A stretch of 64,000 nucleotides of DNA from Eledone cirrhosa. Lineage: Eukaryota. The notes under the pieces are model-generated. The model was not told where the DNA came from. It worked only from the letters and a program-made list of their open reading frames with translations, and did no database searches. Location: NCBI GenBank assembly GCA_964016885.1, contig OZ024740.1, positions 238,948,001-239,012,000 on the forward strand, given 5' to 3'. The position numbers and the translations under genes are program-made. Below, one piece after another: positions 60,701 through 64,000 of this stretch (position 1 is its first letter; each line of letters starts with the position of its first letter).

Positions 60701-62172
60701 GTTTGGCTAGCATTAGTGTATTCTCAATCTATGATGTCTTAGGCAGAGTAATGCCCCTTGTGATTGGACACATGTAGGGTTTGCTCCTGAATGTTACACT
60801 GATGTTTCTTTGTTGTTCTTATACACTTCCATCATTTGCAGTTGATTTAATTTTATATATCATCATCGTTTAACCTCTATTTTCCATGCTTGCATGGGTT
60901 AGACGAGTTGTTATGTTATGAGAGAAGTCAAGTCCGGAGACCATATTATGCTCAACGGATCTATTTTGGTTAGGTTTCTATGGCTGGTTGCTCTTGCTCT
61001 TCCTAACCCAACCACATTACAGTGTTGACTGGGTGCTTTTTATCATGGCACCGGCACAACCACCCCATTTCAGCCACTTATATTTGCAGTCATATTCTTT
61101 CGGTCATTACCCAAGGGTTGGCATGAATACCGAATTGAAGATAGCGAGTTTGGCTTTTACACCTACCTGACAATAATATACATACATACACATACACACT
61201 CGTGTGTGTGTGTATTATCATCATCATCATCAGCTGGATGCCTTTCTTGTCACCACCTTACTGGGTGTACTGAGTACATTTTTCTCTGCACCTTATACAA
61301 CTGTCTTCCTCCACACATCAAATGTCTATATAAACTATCCACCATCAATATTCTGTTGATATTTGTTATTACGAACCATACAGTTCTGGCACTTTATATT
61401 ATTAAATACCCCTCTTTACAGATGATGTTAATTGGTTTAAACCTGTTGAACTGAAAACAAAGTGGGGTCGCAGAGGTCACATAAAGGAAGCTTTAGGTAA
61501 GTTTGGAATTTTCTTTTTTATATTTTATTTCTCCTGAAATTGACAGCCTTTCTCTGCTTTAATGTCTACCTGTTTGAGCCTTGTGAGCCTGCTGTCTATT
61601 TGTCTATCCTGTGTGTCTGCAGTTTACCTCCTGTCTTATTTATTCTCTACATATTGTTTACTTGTGTATAATGTGCTACAGTGATGTATATGTGGTCTAT
61701 ATGTACGTTTTGGTGACCCATGGGGAGTTTTATGTCCTACTGTGTTGCATAATGCAATTAAAATTTGGTGGTCCATGAAGTTTGTCCTCATGAATTTTGT
61801 TGTCCACCTTCTGAAGCAGGTTTTGAATCACTGCAGACTCTGTCTTGTCTGCTGTCTACCTGTAAATCTACTGTCTCTGCTGTTTACTGCTTTCTGTTCA
61901 ACATGTATGCCTGTTTCTATCTTATCTGCTGTCTGTCTCGGTTCTATGCATTCTATTTGCTGTCAATTAATTGTTTACCTTCTTCATCCTATTTCTATCC
62001 AGGTACACATGGTCATATGAAGTGTATATTTGACAACCAGTTGAAGTCCCAGGACACAATCCTCATGAATCTGTACAAAAGAATTTTCCCTAAATGGACG
62101 TATAGTCCTCGTGTATATGACCCCCCTCTAAAAGATTTGGAACAGTTGAATGAAGAAGAAATGGAGAACTGA
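28552..62172 (+). CDS. TSR1: Pre-rRNA-processing protein TSR1 homolog, 20 coding exons, about 799 aa
   Basis: Phase-consistent spliced ORF of 2400 nt with TSR1 motifs KQQNKx[37 protein letters not shown], VPKGTSxYQxAWI, FPDEVDTP, [19 protein letters not shown], LLPHEQKM, [19 protein letters not shown], GTHGHMKC. Confidence 0.96.
29660..30115 (-). mobile_element. CRE-clade 3' fragment in TSR1 intron 1
   Basis: ORF 29616-30137 is homologous to 24254-24718 (KRPDG, LVWDAT, PLAVET). Confidence 0.85.
30612..30682 (+). CDS. TSR1: TSR1 exon 2
   Basis: [24 protein letters not shown]; AG/GT, phase fits. Confidence 0.88.
32090..32231 (-). mobile_element. tRNA-headed SINE (CCTTGAGCAAGACAC core)
   Basis: Minus strand A-box TGGCTTAGTGG and B-box GAGTTCAATTC; related copies near 34260-34385 and 55275-55350. 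Confidence 0.7.
33222..33308 (+). CDS. TSR1: TSR1 exon 3
   Basis: [29 protein letters not shown]; AG/GT. Confidence 0.9.
34676..34788 (+). CDS. TSR1: TSR1 exon 4
   Basis: [23 protein letters not shown]...; AG/GT, phase fits. Confidence 0.87.
35154..35349 (+). CDS. TSR1: TSR1 exon 5
   Basis: [31 protein letters not shown]. Confidence 0.92.
36195..36395. mobile_element. Tc1/mariner-type MITE
   Basis: TA-bounded imperfect TIRs; second copy at 54978-55179. Confidence 0.75.
37191..37376 (-). mobile_element. Full-length tRNA-headed SINE (same family as 3506-3677)
   Basis: A-box TGGCAGTATCGG, B-box GAGTTCAAATCC; 16-bp TSD TACAGTAGACTATAAT; other copies near 14020, 23100, 40723, 44595, 44690 and 50500. 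Confidence 0.9.
37523..37593 (+). CDS. TSR1: TSR1 exon 6
   Basis: [23 protein letters not shown]; AG/GT, phase fits. Confidence 0.85.
38195..38750 (-). mobile_element. RTE LINE 3' fragment
   Basis: [27 protein letters not shown], homologous to 49800-49913; 3' tail at the left end. Confidence 0.7.
39306..39462 (+). CDS. TSR1: TSR1 exon 7
   Basis: [23 protein letters not shown]; AG/GT. Confidence 0.92.
39784..39836 (-). ncRNA. Minimal hammerhead ribozyme, left arm (antisense to TSR1)
   Basis: Minus strand ACTGC-CTGAAGA-GGTCAGCCA-AAGA-TGGCTGTCACT-GAAA-TATATA-TA-GCAGT; perfect stem I ACTGC/GCAGT. Confidence 0.75.
39859..39912 (+). ncRNA. Minimal hammerhead ribozyme, right arm (sense to TSR1)
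   Basis: CTGC-CTGAAGA(39863-39869)-stem II-GAAA(39896-39899)-TATATA-TA-GTAG. Confidence 0.72.
42918..43082 (+). CDS. TSR1: TSR1 exon 8
   Basis: [23 protein letters not shown]; an alternative in-frame donor after 43070 is possible. Confidence 0.9.
43853..44009 (+). CDS. TSR1: TSR1 exon 9
   Basis: ..[17 protein letters not shown]..; AG/GT. Confidence 0.93.
45345..45590 (+). mobile_element. SINE-like element with RTE-type 3' tail (GCATGGAA..GACGTTAAACGATGATGAT)
   Basis: Core TTAGGAAGGGCATCCAGCTGTAGAAA and (GAT)n tail; more than 10 related copies in TSR1 introns on both strands. Confidence 0.75.
45673..45893. mobile_element. piggyBac-type MITE family 1
   Basis: TTAA TSD; TIR CCCTTTAGCATTTA/TAAATGCTAAAGG; inverted copy at 43170-43390, partial copy at 32741-32942. 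Confidence 0.85.
46120..46277 (+). CDS. TSR1: TSR1 exon 10
   Basis: [16 protein letters not shown] plus acidic tract. Confidence 0.9.
47292..47360 (+). CDS. TSR1: TSR1 exon 11
   Basis: Acidic [23 protein letters not shown]; AG/GT, phase 0. Confidence 0.8.
47700..50123 (+). mobile_element. Degenerate RTE LINE in TSR1 intron 11 with SINE-type 3' end
   Basis: APE motifs [11 protein letters not shown] and RILEFC; RT motifs [30 protein letters not shown]; (GAT)n tail. Confidence 0.88.
50149..50213 (+). CDS. TSR1: TSR1 exon 12
   Basis: [21 protein letters not shown]; phase fits. Confidence 0.85.
51804..51896 (+). CDS. TSR1: TSR1 exon 13
   Basis: ..[15 protein letters not shown]. Confidence 0.93.
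52160..53280 (-). mobile_element. Degenerate RTE LINE 3' portion
   Basis: Reverse complement resembles 49190-49913 ([16 protein letters not shown]) plus the 3' tail. Confidence 0.65.
53698..53839 (+). CDS. TSR1: TSR1 exon 14
   Basis: [28 protein letters not shown]. Confidence 0.95.
54978..55179. mobile_element. Tc1/mariner-type MITE
   Basis: TIR GGGTCAGTTGAAAAGTTCATAG / CTATGAACTTTTCAGCTGACCC, TA flanks. Confidence 0.8.
55757..55808 (+). CDS. TSR1: TSR1 exon 15
   Basis: [17 protein letters not shown]. Confidence 0.9.
56115..56272 (-). mobile_element. CRE-clade 3' remnant
   Basis: Similar to 24300-24460 and 29686-29845 (GACAGAATGGAGAAG...). Confidence 0.6.
56539..56744 (+). CDS. TSR1: TSR1 exon 16
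   Basis: [37 protein letters not shown]. Confidence 0.95.
57902..58004 (+). CDS. TSR1: TSR1 exon 17 (GC donor)
   Basis: [24 protein letters not shown]; AG|GCAAGT donor gives the required phase 1. Confidence 0.88.
59179..59315. mobile_element. hAT-type MITE
   Basis: TIR CAGGCATGT.AAAC / GTTTGACATGCCTG; perfect 8-bp TSD CCATAAGG. Confidence 0.88.
59984..60124 (+). CDS. TSR1: TSR1 exon 18
   Basis: [35 protein letters not shown]. Confidence 0.95.
60163..60371. mobile_element. piggyBac-type MITE family 2
   Basis: TTAA|CCCTTTT...AAAAGGG|TTAA; related copies start at 30709, 50901, 55871 and 58023. Confidence 0.8.
61422..61496 (+). CDS. TSR1: TSR1 exon 19
   Basis: [25 protein letters not shown]. 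Confidence 0.95.
62003..62172 (+). CDS. TSR1: TSR1 exon 20 (terminal)
   Basis: [29 protein letters not shown]; AATAAA at 62212-62217. Confidence 0.95.
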
Positions 62173-63014
62173 AAGTTAATTATACTGCCTTAAATTATAA
62201 GTTAAAGAGAAAATAAATCTCCTAAAGCTAACTTTTTGTTGTTTATCCTGAAGTCAGCCCTGATCAAGCAGACCTACAAACAGTGTCATTCTACCCTTGA
62301 TCATCCAATCATCTTGTTTTTAGACATAGCATCATTATCTAGTGCAAAGGTTCTCAACCCATTTTGCCCCTCAAAATCACCCCCCCCCCTTCCGCGCTCT
62401 ATTTTTCCATTTTTCAATATACTACTGATTTTGATATCAGTAGATTACTGGGCCAAATCAAGTTATGTTAGAATCTTTAAAAAATACTTGTACGAATTAA
62501 ATACAAAAAGGTTTCAGTCCAAAACAAAAGCAAGCTATTTCAAATTATATATTTAAAAAAAAAAAAAATAGATTTGATCTCAGTCGAAAAAGCTTTTTTT
62601 TTTTAAATTCTATATTTCACTGTTAGCTGTTGTAATATTTTGAGTGGATAGACAATTCTACAATTCAAACTGTAAAGTCAATATACAAAAGATGCAAAAT
62701 ATGAAGAATTTCTTACCTTTCTCTGCAATCACAAACTCAGGGGAAAAATAGTACCTTGCAAAATAAAATATCTCGTAGCAAAATAAAATACTTAGTAGCA
62801 ACGAATGAATTGAGAAGCTTGGTGACAGTGAGAAAGCCATATCTGTATCCCTTATATATATACATAGATAGATACACACACATAAACGCACACGTACACA
62901 CACCCAAACTTGTGTGTTTGTGTGCCTTGGTTTTGGTACAGAAAGAATTTTGTCTCCAGTTTTTATTGCCAGGTCAAAAGGCCACTGCTCTTTTCAACAA
63001 CGCCAAATAACAAC

Positions 63015-63057
<43 letters not shown>

Positions 63058-64000
63058 GAAGAGAGACAGAGAGAGAAAGCAATGTGTGTGTGTATAATAT
63101 ATATATATATATATATATTATACACACACACACACATATATATATATATATCCTTACACACTTAAATATAAATGCATGTATATATACAAATGTATAAATG
63201 CATAGCTATATACATACGTAAATGTATGTATGTATGTAGATTTATATATATATAAATCTACATCCTTAGAAGACTATCCTTCACAGCCCAGATAAACATA
63301 ATATATACATATATACATATTTTATATTGCAATTACAGGTTTTCCATCAACCTATCATTGGTTCACTGTATTTGTAATGTCAAGAGTGGGAAGAGATTAT
63401 CTTCAATTCTATGCAGAACAAATATAGCAAAGATGTCATGATGCACTGACTTTTCGATATTTTCCCCCCATCTATGTTTACATCCTTCACAGATTTACAT
63501 CATTAGAAGTTATACACACATGATGGGCTTCCACAGATTCTCTGTCTACCAAATTCCTCAGCAGATATTAGTATACTCTAGGTTATGGTAAAACTTGAGC
63601 AAAGTTTCATTCAATGGAATTGAACTCTGACCACATGGCTGCAGGGCAAACTTCTTAACCACATTAACAAACTTCTTAACCACATTACCTCAAATAATGT
63701 TGGGATGCACACAAGTAATGCTAAGTGCAGAGGATCAGCAACTGACATACCTTGATGAAGCCCACCCTGCTTGTTTCTGCTGTAACTACCAGCAGATCTA
63801 CAAGCATATAGAAAATAGGATGGACCTCCGTCAGTTATTCGATCAATGGAACAGCCTTCTGAATTAATGTGTACGTGGCTGAGCATTCCATAGACATGTG
63901 TGCCCATAACATAATTCTCAGGGAGATTCAGTGTGACAATGCTGGTCCTTTGAATTAGAGATATAGTCCATCCTATCTGATGAACTTCCAAACAGTTTCC

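Overview
AT-rich, microsatellite-rich eukaryotic animal DNA. The repeat families suggest an octopus or other cephalopod (inference). The window has two halves. Positions 1-28 kb hold a tRNA-Thr(CGT) gene and a dense, nested array of retroelements: two Penelope-like elements (one ending in a minimal hammerhead ribozyme), two R4/Dong-type RLE non-LTR families sitting in (TACA)n and (TAA)n microsatellites, an RTE LINE with two short bipartite non-autonomous relatives, CRE-type non-LTR elements, a Helitron, MITEs and SINEs. Positions 28552-62172 (+) hold a complete 20-exon TSR1 (pre-rRNA processing) gene of about 799 aa with one GC-AG intron and TE-filled introns. Most notable: a covarying structured RNA module kept in two divergent non-autonomous RTE elements, microsatellite-partitioned retroelement nesting, and a palindromic double-hammerhead insert in TSR1 intron 7.
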